In this document: positions 29,441 to 40,620 of the stretch, in pieces
Numbering within the stretch: the stretch's first letter is position 1
Layout of the letters: every line of letters begins with the position of its first letter
Source of the DNA: Octopus bimaculoides
Lineage: Eukaryota
DNA: 64,000 nucleotides
NCBI RefSeq assembly: GCF_001194135.2
Contig: NC_068993.1
Span: 14,052,876 to 14,116,875, forward strand
Direction: 5' to 3'
Program-made: the position numbers and the translations under genes
Notes under the pieces: generated by a model
Told to the model about the DNA's origin: nothing
Seen by the model: the letters and a program-made list of their open reading frames with translations, nothing else
Databases searched by the model: none

Positions 29441-30006
29441 AGTTCCTACATCGTAAATATCTGTCAAAGTTAGACAAGTTCAAAAATTGCAGCACCGAGC
29501 TTCTCACTGAAATGTGTGAGTAAATTATTTCTATGTACGTCAAAGACAAATGAATAATAAATTCTAAATTTCTTCTCTGTGTTTTGATGAAGAGTGTTTT
29601 AGAAAATGTATTTTGCCAACTTTGTTCGGCACTATTTACATTCATACGCTCTACGAACCTTGTTAGACACTGCTAAGTTCCTCCTGGTTTCTTTCTTTTA
29701 TATTTAGTTCTTCCCCTTTTTCTCGTTGCCATAGATTATATCAGTTTGCATAAAACACATTCATAACAATGCTGTTTCTTGAAATTTTGATTTTTCATAG
29801 AAGTTAACGTTTTCACCAATTTAAGTCATTGACGATTTTCACGAAGGAATATCTTACGTGTAAAATATTTTTCGTTAAGAAAGGGGAAACAATTCAATAT
29901 ACATAATTTCGTCTTCGCCGAATAACTATAATATTTATTATGAAAACTATTCTTTATGCAGGGGGATAATCTGTTTTCACCACTCGAAACTTCAGCCGAG
30001 AGGGTC

Positions 30007-30069
30007 TACCTGTGGTTGCCTACCTGTGGTTGCCTACCTGTGGTTGCCTACCTGTGGTTGCCTACCTGC
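30007..30069. repeat. 14-bp minisatellite (tacctgtggttgcc), 4 perfect copies plus a partial
   Basis: Seen directly. Confidence 0.97.
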
Positions 30070-30204
30070 AGCAAGAAGCAATCAAATCTACTTCAAATGA
30101 GACTCCACGCCTTTCAGCAAAGAAGATTATAAACAATGTCAACATATACATAACTAACAAAAAAATAAATAAATCATACGAATAATAATTCGTGGAATGA
30201 TTTT

Positions 30205-30393
30205 GTTAGAGACGCAGACATACCTCTTTGGTTAAGAAGGTCGCTTTACAACCACGTTGGTTGGAGCTGAATTGTACTGAGCGGCATCGTGGGCAAGTGT
30301 CTTCTAATATATCACAGCCAAGGTAACGAATGCCTTGTTAATGAACTTGGTCGAACCTGTAAAAAATGAATGTCACCTCACCGTGTGTGTGTA

Positions 30394-30435
<42 letters not shown>

Positions 30436-30480
30436 CATGTGTGTGTGTGTGTGTGTGTATACATGTGTGTGTGTGTGTAT
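30205..30480 (+). mobile_element. SINE C/B head plus internal (TG)n
   Basis: ggttaagaaggtcgcttta.aaccac...gtgggcaagtgtcttcta.tat followed by a (TG)n tract. Confidence 0.7.
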
Positions 30481-30786
30481 AAATATAAACAAATTAGCTT
30501 TTGTTTGTATCAGAGTAGTAATATGCAGTAAACAATAAAAGCTAGATTTTTTTTTCCGAACGCAGAATTGTCGTTTGAGCTGCAGAAATACTGGGTAAAT
30601 TACACTTACAAAGTGGAAACATTGGTCAAAAATTAGGATTCGAACCCATAACCCGCAAAGTGCTTCAACATTAAGATAAACTGTCCACTGACAAATTCAT
30701 CCGTGATTGTACACGCTAAGGAGCTAAGTGTACAACTAAGTGTATAAATATAAACAAACTAAAATTTATTTATATGCGTCCATATG

Positions 30787-30972
30787 TGTATTGAAGGATA
30801 CAAATTAGATGATATGCTTTCGAACACAGAATTGCTATTAGAACAGCAGAAAGAGTAAATTATCCTTAGAATTTTTTCGCTTTGTAAGGGCAATTTAGCC
30901 AGTATTTCTGTTGTTCTATCGGCAATTCTGCGTTCGAAAAAATGTCATCTAATTTATATCGTTCAATAAATA
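30787..30972. mobile_element. Foldback/MITE-like imperfect inverted repeat (arms ~80 bp)
   Basis: 30789-30869 is the approximate reverse complement of 30886-30970; a related direct copy lies at ~30540-30610. Confidence 0.7.
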
Positions 30973-31269
30973 TATATTTATATATGTGTGTGTGCCATTG
31001 TACGGGTGTTGGACCGTGTGCCTTCATGTTTGTCAATACTCAAAATATGACAAATGGTGTTGGTTTGTTTACGTTCGGTAAAACGATATTATATAAACCA
31101 ATCTCAAATAAGTCCCAGGTTAGATTTTACCTACTAAATGATCAAAGCGATGTCCCAGTATGACTAAAATATGTAAAAAGGAAATATATGTTTTCCTAAA
31201 GAAGGCTGATATACCATCTCCCTCTTTGAAAGAACTCTGTCAACAGTAACAACTGTGACAATCGTCGAC

Positions 31270-31420
31270 TCAACGAAGTTTCATAAAGTGGTCGATGGAT
31301 CAAATCACGCTTGGAACAACATCGGTTTAGTTGTAAAGTATTCAGAGGAAGAAAAAGCTGGTCATGGATAAAATGAATGCGATTGTATGTTTCATGTAAG
31401 GAAAATTGTCAACAAGAATT
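31270..31420 (+). mobile_element. Possible piggyBac C-terminal cysteine-rich domain remnant
   Basis: VDGSNH ... RFSCKVFRGRK...IK* ... CKENC loosely resembles DG..H....RC..C......C..C; very decayed. Confidence 0.3.
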
Positions 31421-31709
31421 TTGCAACAATACATTAGATATTTATTGTAAACAAAGCATTCGTAAGGTAGGCCATCAAATATATTTTATTGATGACTTCA
31501 TGACGTCATATGCCTCCAAGAAGCAGCAGTTTAAAATATGTGGAAGCTCATGTCTTCCCTACTTAAATTTAGAACCCAAATGCGTCAATGTGGAAGTTTG
31601 TATGGAGCCGTTTGAATAAGAGATATCTCGGTCCACTAATATCACATTTTTGGAAAGCTCGAGTAGTGTGTATTCCAAGATAGTCTTTCTAGTCACAAGG
31701 CTAATTGAT

Positions 31710-31912
31710 TTCAAACTTTTGGTTCAAGACCAATAATTTCGGGTGATGGAGTAATCGATTATATCGATACCATTACTCAACTGGTACTCATTTTAGCGAT
31801 CCCAAATGAATCGTTTGTAAAGTGAATCACGGCGGGATTTGAACTCCGAACATGAAGACGGACCAATTGCAGCTAAACATTTTGCTAAGCATGTTACTCA
31901 TCTCGCCGTCTT
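31710..31912 (-). mobile_element. SINE family A, degenerate
   Basis: gtaatcgattatatcgat...caactggtactcatttt...gggatttgaactccgaac. Confidence 0.75.
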
Positions 31913-32674
31913 AACACAGTGCTATCTAACCATGGCTAGAATGAAATCTGGTTATAGATCTGTTCAGTTCTAGTTTAGTTTGAATATATCCAACGACTAG
32001 CACAACAGTCAAACAATCAAATAACAATTATACGAGTTGCCTACATTTTTGTCTATGTAGCTTGCCATTAGCAGATTAAATATTCAAATAAATAGTCAAT
32101 GTTCTCCTGCAAACATCCAATATGAATATCCATATTTCAACAACTCATTTATAAACTAACACAAGGAAAAAAGAGATTGCATCAACTTAAAGAATTAATC
32201 ATCTTTCTTCGGAGCAGCATATTGTGAACATGAATAAATAAACAAATAATATATATTCGAATTTTATAAGTGGCAAGCGGCATCGAGTCAGATGTAAAAT
32301 TCCATTAAAGTCGTTGCAGATTAATCTCAAATTGAATCTATTTCACTTCAGTTACACATGCAATATTTCTCAGAGTTGCAATGGGCATCATTGTCTCTCA
32401 TCTTTCATAGCTAAGAGAAACTGACTTAATACCAGGCAATTAGACACTAATATTTCTCAGATTATATATTTTTTTTCTGTTGAGTAATGTTAAACGGGGA
32501 AATTTCAGCTAATATTAAAGCTATACAATCACTTGACATGCCCAAAAATAACGGTTAAGAGCGCCCTGATACATTGTATATTACGTGTGAAAAAAATAAG
32601 AAAAACTACGCTGGGATTTGTATTAGAACAGAACTGACAAGTGGCAAAACATAAAACAACGATTGTCATATACC

Positions 32675-32870
32675 GGTTTCAAATTTTGGCAGAAGGCCAG
32701 TAGTTTCGGGGAAGGTAGTAAGGCGATTACATTGATCCCAGTGTTTAAGTGGTATTCATTTTGTCGACATCGAAAGGAGGAAAAGCAAAGTCGACCGCGG
32801 CGGAATTTGAAAACAGAACGTAAATATCAGACAAAACGCCGCCATACATTTTGTCCGTTGTGCCAGCTGG
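32675..32870 (-). mobile_element. SINE family A
   Basis: aggcaaag-type motif aaagcaaagtcgaccgcggcggaatttgaa..cagaacgtaaa. Confidence 0.85.
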
Positions 32871-33411
32871 TTGCCTAGCAATGCCCGTATATTAAACCTA
32901 TTATAATTAACGTAGATGCGGACGATTGACAAGCTAGAAATAACAGTCTAGTCTTCCATTTCGCTGCCTATCATTTTTATTTTCTTTTTTCAAATAAAGC
33001 AATAAGAACCATACCCGATCAGGGCTACCGTATGGCAAAACAAATATAACTTTGCCCATGACATATAGATAATATATCTAATACAGATGAAATATTTAAG
33101 CGCAACATACTAGTGGTAATTAAAGCAGCTACATCCCTTAGGCGTAATTTTGTACATATATGCTAATATAATGCATTAACATATAGTTACTATTCAGTAC
33201 AGTTATAGCCAGTGAATGCCTTCAGGTATTTAGAGGTTGACACATTATTCTCTCGCAGTTTTCTGTAATGATTTAGTGTGGAACACGGCTTGCTTCATAC
33301 TAAACACAATTCATTCATTAAATATAAAATATTGTTCCCAGAACTCGGTTAGTTTATTTGCATTTTTGGAAATTTTAACATACTTAATGTACTGAGGAGC
33401 AAATCTACATA

Positions 33412-33615
33412 TTGGATTTAAATTTTGGCACAAGGCCATCAATTTCAGGGAAGGGGGTAAGTCGATTACATCGATTACATCTCAATTGCCACTTATTTAT
33501 CGATCGGGGAAGGATGAAAGGTACAGTCGATTTCGGTAGAAGTTGTTCTCACAACGTAAAGACCAGACGAAATACTGCCAAGTATTTTATCCGGCGTGGT
33601 AACAATTCAGCCATC
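33412..33615 (-). mobile_element. SINE family A
   Basis: gtaagtcgattacatcga...ggatgaaagg...cgtaaagaccagacgaaatactg. Confidence 0.8.
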
Positions 33616-33652
33616 TCACTGATTTAAATTAAATCGACATATTATCCAACAA

Positions 33653-33970
33653 GGAGGCGCAATGGCCCAGTGGAAATTGCAGCGGACTCGCGGTTGGAGG
33701 ATCGCAGATTCGATTCCCAAACCGGGCGTTGTGTGAGTTTATTGAGCGAAAATACCTAAAGCTCCATCAGGCTCCGGCAGGGGCTGGTGGCGACCCCTAT
33801 TGTACTCTTTCGCTCCAAGTTTCTCTAACTCTTTCTTCCTGTTTCTTTAGTAAAGCTGCGATGGACTGGCGTCCCGTTCAGCTGGTGGCGGGGAACACAT
33901 ACGCCATAGAAACGGGAAAACCGGGCCCATGACCCTGGCTAGGCTTTAAAAGGGCGCATAAATAAATAAA
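33653..33970 (+). mobile_element. tRNA-derived SINE family D, tail type 1
   Basis: A-box-like TGGCCCAGTGG and B-box-like GATTCGATTCC; first ~190 bp shared with 52216-52020; ends in an A-rich tail. Confidence 0.9.
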
Positions 33971-34007
33971 ATGAATTAACTAACAATTAATATGATTTCA
34001 GTTAATA

Positions 34008-34400
34008 GGGCAGTGAGCTGATAGAATCGTTAGCACGTCGGTCACAATACTTGGCGGCATATCGACCGTCTTCACATTGAGTTCAAACTCTGCCCAGGTC
34101 TACTTAGCATTTCACCCATTTGGGGTCTATACAATAACTACCATTTGAATGCTTGTTTGTCCCCTCTATGTTTAGCCCCTTGTGGGTAATAAAGAAATAA
34201 GAAACATTAGCACGCCGGGCGAAATACTTAGCGATATTTCGTCTGTCTTTACGTTCTGAATTCAAATTCTGCCGAGGTCGACTTTGCCTTTCATCCTTTA
34301 GGGGTCAAAAAATTAAGTACCAGTTGCGTACTGTGGTGGATCTAATCGACTTTCCCCCTCCCGCAAAATTTCTGGCCTTGTGTCTAGAGAAGAAAAGAAT
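34008..34400 (+). mobile_element. Two tandem SINE family A copies (34008-34200 variant, 34201-34400)
   Basis: The first carries the tttgtcccctctatgtttagcccc module also seen at 41390-41435. Confidence 0.88.
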
Positions 34401-34899
34401 ATTTTCACATAAAGCTCCAATGTTTTATCTTAATCTTTTAATTTTTCTGCACAGCATACCGCCACAATCATAAATCTTAGTTTTCCAGTAGATGGCGTGA
34501 CTGAGTAATTTAGATTAATTCATTTTCTAAGTTAAATTAAATTTTCTTAGAGAACCATTTTGCACTGTGGTGAGGTTACTTCCCAGTTTCCTAACAATAC
34601 CTCAGCCAGTATGGTTTCATTCTAACAAAACTGGTCTAGATTTATCTGCTATACCTGATGGAATAATATCACTCATTCATTAATATATTCTTTTTAACTT
34701 CAGTGCAACGTTATTGTGATTATTTTTTCTGCACTTCCTGAAATATGATAGCATCAATTTTATGTTTTAAGTTATTTGGCAAAGCATGAAAACTAATTAA
34801 TTGAAAGCTGTGAAAATGAACAAAAACAGCGCTTAAAATACAAAAACGTATTTTGGATTTAAAAGCTACTGCTATTTTCAATATTTCCTATCTAAAAAA

Positions 34900-35097
34900 G
34901 GCGGTGAGCTGGCAGAAACGGTAGCACGCCGGGCGAAATGCTTAGCAGTATTTCGTCTGTGTGTACGTTCTGAGTTCAAATTCCACCGAGGTCGACTTTG
35001 CCTTTCATCATTTCGGGGTCGGTAAATTAAGTACCAGTTGCGTACTGGGGTGGATCTAATCGACTGACCCCCTCCTTGTGCCGACAGTAGAAAAGAA
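34900..35097 (+). mobile_element. SINE family A, best-preserved copy
   Basis: ggcggtgagctggcagaaacggtagcacgccgggcgaaatgcttagc...gagttcaaattccaccgaggtcgactttgcctttcatc (B-box-like GAGTTCAAATTCC). Confidence 0.92.
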
Positions 35098-35109
35098 TGT
35101 TACCTGTCT

Positions 35110-35445
35110 AAAAGGCTGCGAAGTGGCTGAATCGTCAGCATGCTTGGCGAAATGCTTTGGGACAGTAATTTTGTCTTACCGCCTTTCCCCCTAATTACTG
35201 GCCTTATGCAAAAATTTTAAACCAATATTTCGTAAATAAAAGTCTGCGAAATATTTGGCAAAATACTTAGCGGACATTTGTCTGTCTTTATGTTCTCAGC
35301 TCAAATTCTGCCGAGGTCGACTTTGCTTTTCATCCTTTCGAAGTCGTTAGAATAAGTAACAGTTGAAAACTGGGGAGGTGGGGGTCAATATAATTAACTT
35401 ATCCCTCCCCCAATATGGCCGGCCTTTTACCAAAATTAGAAATTA
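35110..35445 (+). mobile_element. SINE family A partial copies (35110-35215, 35245-35445)
   Basis: Family A head and body motifs. Confidence 0.8.
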
Positions 35446-35754
35446 AGATTTCCTCTATAATATACAATATAATAGGCAATGTTATACACGCTAAATGCAT
35501 AAATGTGTCAGTCGTTTATTGGGCTACGAAAAATGTAATAGTACAAGGATTAAGTCTTTTGTCTTGTTGACTGGAAAGTAGGAAATTACACACATATTAC
35601 AAACCTTGTCTGAATAGCTGTAACATAGTCGATATTACTAAGCAGAGATATTATCCTGTTTGTGGTCTGAAACCGGACGACACGATAAGTCTACCATCTA
35701 AGAAGAGCAACGGTTTCCCCAGTGTGCCTCACAATAGACAAAAATACACTCGAA

Positions 35755-35830
35755 AACGTTGACTCGCAGTGGACTTGAACTTGGAACCATGGAGTTGTGA
35801 AGGTTTCTTCTCAACTATACAACTTTTCCT
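35755..35830 (-). mobile_element. SINE C/B head fragment
   Basis: cagtggacttgaacttggaaccatgg is the reverse complement of the head. Confidence 0.55.
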
Positions 35831-37511
35831 ACATCACAGCTTGCCTTCTCATGTTCCACTCTTCATGCCAAAATAATACCAACAATATAAAGATAAAATT
35901 TCACATATTCGTTGTTTAGCTTTGTCTCCCAAGTGATCCAGCGAACATGATTGACGGCATCTAAGGTGGTATCATATCGTATTTTATTCAGACATAACAA
36001 ATATAATACTAATTAAAATGTTCTTCTATACTTACGACTATTAGGTAAGATTAGAAGGGGATACGTTTGCTATATAAATAGTCTATCGATAGAAAGTGGA
36101 ACTCAGCGCAAGGTTATAGATTCTCTTTCATCTGTTTATCTGAAACCAGGGTCTAATAATCATGCATCTCTGTTCATTAGTAATTCATTAATGTTGTTTT
36201 TCTTCGTAGTCTAATTATTTCTTAATTCTCAACGAACGCTATATTAAATAATATCAAGCTCCCAGGCTAATAGGGGGCATTCGTCCATCATTTTCGCTGG
36301 AAAATTCACCAGATTTTCTGGACAACCACGAAATCGCAATATAATAGCTATATCGAAAAGGCAACTGCTGCTCTGTGACACAGTTAAAGTCAGAAAATTA
36401 ACGCTAAAGGATATATATGACCTATAATTCTGCCATATATTTCAGAGCAGTGACATTCATCAAATCATAAAACGTTTACTATGTATTACAAATTCGAATT
36501 AAGACGGTAGCTGCAAATCCATTCAGAGTCACATTTTAGTATTTTCCACACGTTGCATCGTTCATACAACCACTAAATAACGCCTTATAGCTATACTTAC
36601 TAGAACCGTCATTACTTAATACGAATGACACTATATTAAATTGTTTAACAGAGTGATAACGAATTTATTTAACCAAGCATAATGTAAGCTAATTAGGTTG
36701 TAACCTAATTACGCACACATTTGCGTATGCACGCTCACGCATACATACATGCACACATATACACATGCACACATGCACACATGTATAAATTCATATATAT
36801 AAATTAACTAAAGCACAAATAGACACGTGAGCATATATTTGTACGTGTATAAATACACACATATATATATGTATGTATGTATATATGCTCGCGTTTGGAT
36901 TGATGAATCATATATATGCATGTATATATACGCATTTTAATTTACGCATGTTCCATCGTGTGTCCTTTCGGTGAACTCGCTGAGACGAAATTTCTTGCAA
37001 CTAATTTTTTCTAGGTCATGCCGTTAATGAAATTCTAAGTTGGCAGATTGCAAAGCATTGCTAAATTGTAATTGAAAAGAATGAAAAAGTGTGAAGACCT
37101 CGCATTCTATTTCTTTCAACGTATTTTTTTCACTCTGTAAACCTATTACCCATTCATTTCACGTTAAGTTATTTTGCATCGGTAAATATATATATATATA
37201 TATATANNNNNNNNNNNNNNNNNNNNNNNNNNNNNNNNNNNNNNNNNNNNNNNNNNNNNNNNNNNNNNNNNNNNNNNNNNNNNNNNNNNNNNNNNNNNNN
37301 NNNNNNNNNNNNNNNNNNNNNNNNNNNNNNNNNNNNNNNNNNNNNNNNNNNNNNNNNNNNNNNNNNNNNNNNNNNNNNNNNNNNNNNNNNNNNNNNNNNN
37401 NNNNNNNNNNNNNNNNNNNNNNNNNNNNNNNNNNNNNNNNNNNNNNNNNNNNNNNNNNNNNNNNNNNNNNNNNNNNNNNNNNNNNNNNNNNNNNNNNNNN
37501 NNNNNNNNNNN

Positions 37512-37566
<55 letters not shown>

Positions 37567-37789
37567 CTGTGTGTGTGTGTGTATGTATCCATACACACAC
37601 GCACAAAAATAGAACAGAGAAAAGAGCCAGAGGAACTGAGCCATGATATATAACGAATGCAGATATAGACACACACCAGGCTTTCTAGAGAGTTAGGCAT
37701 ATTTTATTTGTCTGTTTGTGTACGTGTGTCTATCTGTCTGTCTGTTACAGAGTATATATGCACTCATGCATACATACATATCTTTTATC

Positions 37790-38230
37790 GTTTATCTTAT
37801 ATCTTTTACTAGTTCCAGTCATTAGACTGCGGCCATGCTGGGGCACCGCCTTAAATAATTTTAGTCGAATGCATTTACTTTTTTAATGCCTTGTACTTAT
37901 TTTAATGTTCTCATTTCCCGAACACTTAGGGTACAGAGGACACAAATACATGAATACCTGTTGTCAAGCAGTGGAGTGGGACGTCACTGACACAAAGATA
38001 TACACACACACACACAGGCACACACACGCGCGCACATACACACATATATATATATGTATACATACATATATGCAACGAGCTTCTTTCAATTACCATTTAT
38101 CAAATGTATTCACACAGATTTGGTCGGACTGAGGGTATCATCGAAGACACTTAACGGGGGTGTCAACCCAGTGGAGCTGAACCTGGAACCATGTGATTCG
38201 GTTCGGAAGCAAGCTTCTTACGAGATACTC
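37790..38230 (-). mobile_element. Bipartite SINE C/B, full length
   Basis: 3' module 37790-38010, (CA)/(TA) spacer, head 38085-38230. Confidence 0.82.
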
Positions 38231-38269
38231 ACATATATATCAATATATGCATACACGTATACACACACA

Positions 38270-38490
38270 CACAGATATATATATATATATATATATATAC
38301 AGAGAGAGAGAAAGAGAGAAAGAGAGATAGATAAATAGACAGATAAATAGATAGACAGATAGATAGACAGATAGATAGATAGATATATAGATAGATCGAT
38401 AGATAGATAGATAAATAGATAGATAGATAGCTACATACATACATACATACATACATACATACATACATACATACACACACACATACTTTT
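38270..38490. repeat. Compound (TA)(GA)(GATA)(CATA) microsatellite
   Basis: Seen directly. Confidence 0.95.
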
Positions 38491-38959
38491 ATATACGTTT
38501 CTGCTTGTCTTTGTGCTGGTGTTGTGCTTGTATTACGAAAGAGTTTTTTGTACAATACAGTTATTTTTGTTAGATTTTGCCTTCTTAATATAGCAGTTCG
38601 TCAACAGTATAAGTAACAGATTCACAAACAAGCACTGCGGTCGATTTGATTAACTAACCCTGTAAGTGCATAGACTAGCATGGACTTGGACATATATATG
38701 TGTGTGTGTGTGATAGAGTGGGTATGTATGTGTGAGTGTGTGTGTTTATGTGTGCATATGTATGTATATATATATACATATATGAATATGTTGTGTATTC
38801 AGTCAGTTATTGTATGCATAACTGGAGGAACAAAACTCCATTTACTCTGTGAAGTACATATATGTCGTTATACATTGTACACAGTCGTGGTATCACCGAA
38901 CCAACCTTAGTTCTTTCACTAGTTAGATACATACTTCTCTCGAATGCTGCAGAAAATAT

Positions 38960-38998
38960 ATTTATGTATGTATGTATGTATGCATGTATGTATGTATG

Positions 38999-39049
<51 letters not shown>

Positions 39050-39059
39050 ATATCTATCC

Positions 39060-39149
<90 letters not shown>
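38960..39149. repeat. (TATG)n(TATC)n(TA)n microsatellite
   Basis: Seen directly. Confidence 0.97.
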
Positions 39150-39151
<2 letters not shown>

Positions 39152-39325
39152 CTAAAACTACACATATCTTTTTCTCTCCTTGTTTCTTTCTGTGTTCCTT
39201 TCTGCGGAAGAGCGTAGGCTCGAAACGTTAAAGACTTGTTCTATTCGCTAGCGTTATACTAATATATCTGTTTGTTTTCTACACCACCTGTCTTTTTCTG
39301 TTGCTTCTTTTGTGAATTCTCCCTA
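39149..39325 (+). mobile_element. Element E copy (clearest hammerhead-like motif at 39198-39233)
   Basis: cttt-ctgcgga-a-gagc-gtag-gctc-gaaac-gtt-aaag; flanked by (TA)n. Confidence 0.82.
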
Positions 39326-39837
39326 TATATATATTACATTTGTTGTGTGTGCAGGCTTATGTCTTGTATGCTTGGGCTAGTGTGGGTAGATATATGTGCA
39401 TGTGTAAGAAAACAATTGTAATTACAAAAATGAGATGATAATTAGAGTATAAAAAAAGAGAATTCCTTGCAAATTTGGGATGAAAACGTGGAATAATTGA
39501 ATAAAGAATACAATGGACGATGGGATTTACATGGGAAAATAAGAGAATGTTATTTTGAGTAACAACGTTAATCTAATGAGACAAAGCGAACTATAAGAGA
39601 CGAACAACGGATTAGGAAACATGGAGTGAAGAATACATTTTCGGAAAAAATATATACCTTCCAAGTAGAATGTTGAGATAAAATTAAAAGTAATCTCCTG
39701 TTTTGTTTAGTTATATAAATCCAATAATACAATTAAAAGCACATTTTGTTTCGTTTCACGCATGGTATTAATGGCGTACACATATGTAATAGGAGATACG
39801 AGAACCCACATTCTAAAAGCACAGATACACCTACACG

Positions 39838-40252
39838 TAGATTGCGGCCATGCTGGGGCATTGCTTTGAAGTATTTAGTTGAGAAAATCAATCATACTAG
39901 AAATTCCGATTTTTTTAAAATCTAGTACTTCTTGTGGTTACTTTCACTGAACCATTAACGCTCTGAGACATGGAAATATTAATACCGTTGGTAAGCGTTG
40001 AGATGTGGCAGCAGGAAAACGCGCACACGTATACGAGTGGGTACTGAAAAGTTCCTGGCATTAAGGGAATCACTAAAGGCCTGGCTAGAGACCCAACCCT
40101 CCTAGTTTCTTTACAGTGTTTAGAAAAAGCCTGAAGGATCTCTGCAATAAGTGTGTGAATGTGAGACGGGAATATGTTGAATAATATAATTAACTGATCC
40201 TCCTATATTTTTTTTTACTGAAAGACTTTTCAGCACATCTCCTGTATATATA

Positions 40253-40329
<77 letters not shown>

Positions 40330-40620
40330 NNNNNNNNNNNNNNNNNNNNNNNNNNNNNNNNNNNNNNNNNNNNNNNNNNNNNNNNNNNNNNNNNNNNNNN
40401 NNNNNNNNNNNNNNNNNNNNNNNNNNNNNNNNNNNNNNNNNNNNNNNNNNNNNNNNNNNNNNNNNNNNNNATATATATATATATATATATATATACGGGT
40501 CTACACGCAGATTCTCTCGCAGATTCACTCACAAGGCACTGGTTGGCCAGCGGCTACAGTTGAAGACACTTACCCAGGATGTGCTGCAACAGGACTGAAC
40601 CCCAAACCACTTGGTTGAAT
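39838..40620 (-). mobile_element. Bipartite SINE C/B with a MITE nested in its spacer
   Basis: 3' module 39838-40012, MITE 40032-40246, microsatellite and gap, head 40493-40620. Confidence 0.7.
40032..40246 (+). mobile_element. Mariner-derived MITE
   Basis: Termini tacgagtgggtactgaaaagtt / acttttcagcacatctcctgta, TA-flanked; paralog at 60656-60877. Confidence 0.85.

Noticed and set aside
30007-30069. CRISPR-like repeat array
   Set aside because: Units are contiguous with no spacers, and the context is eukaryotic.
33653-33730. tRNA-like sequences (also 52140-52216, 45884-45960, 7813-7885)
   Set aside because: A/B boxes are present but there is no complete cloverleaf, and most continue into SINE bodies; treated as SINE heads, not tRNA genes.
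36967-36995. cctttcggtgaactcgctgagacgaaat as another hammerhead-like motif
   Set aside because: The core is too degenerate, there is no matching GUH/AAAG 3' part and no element E flanks.
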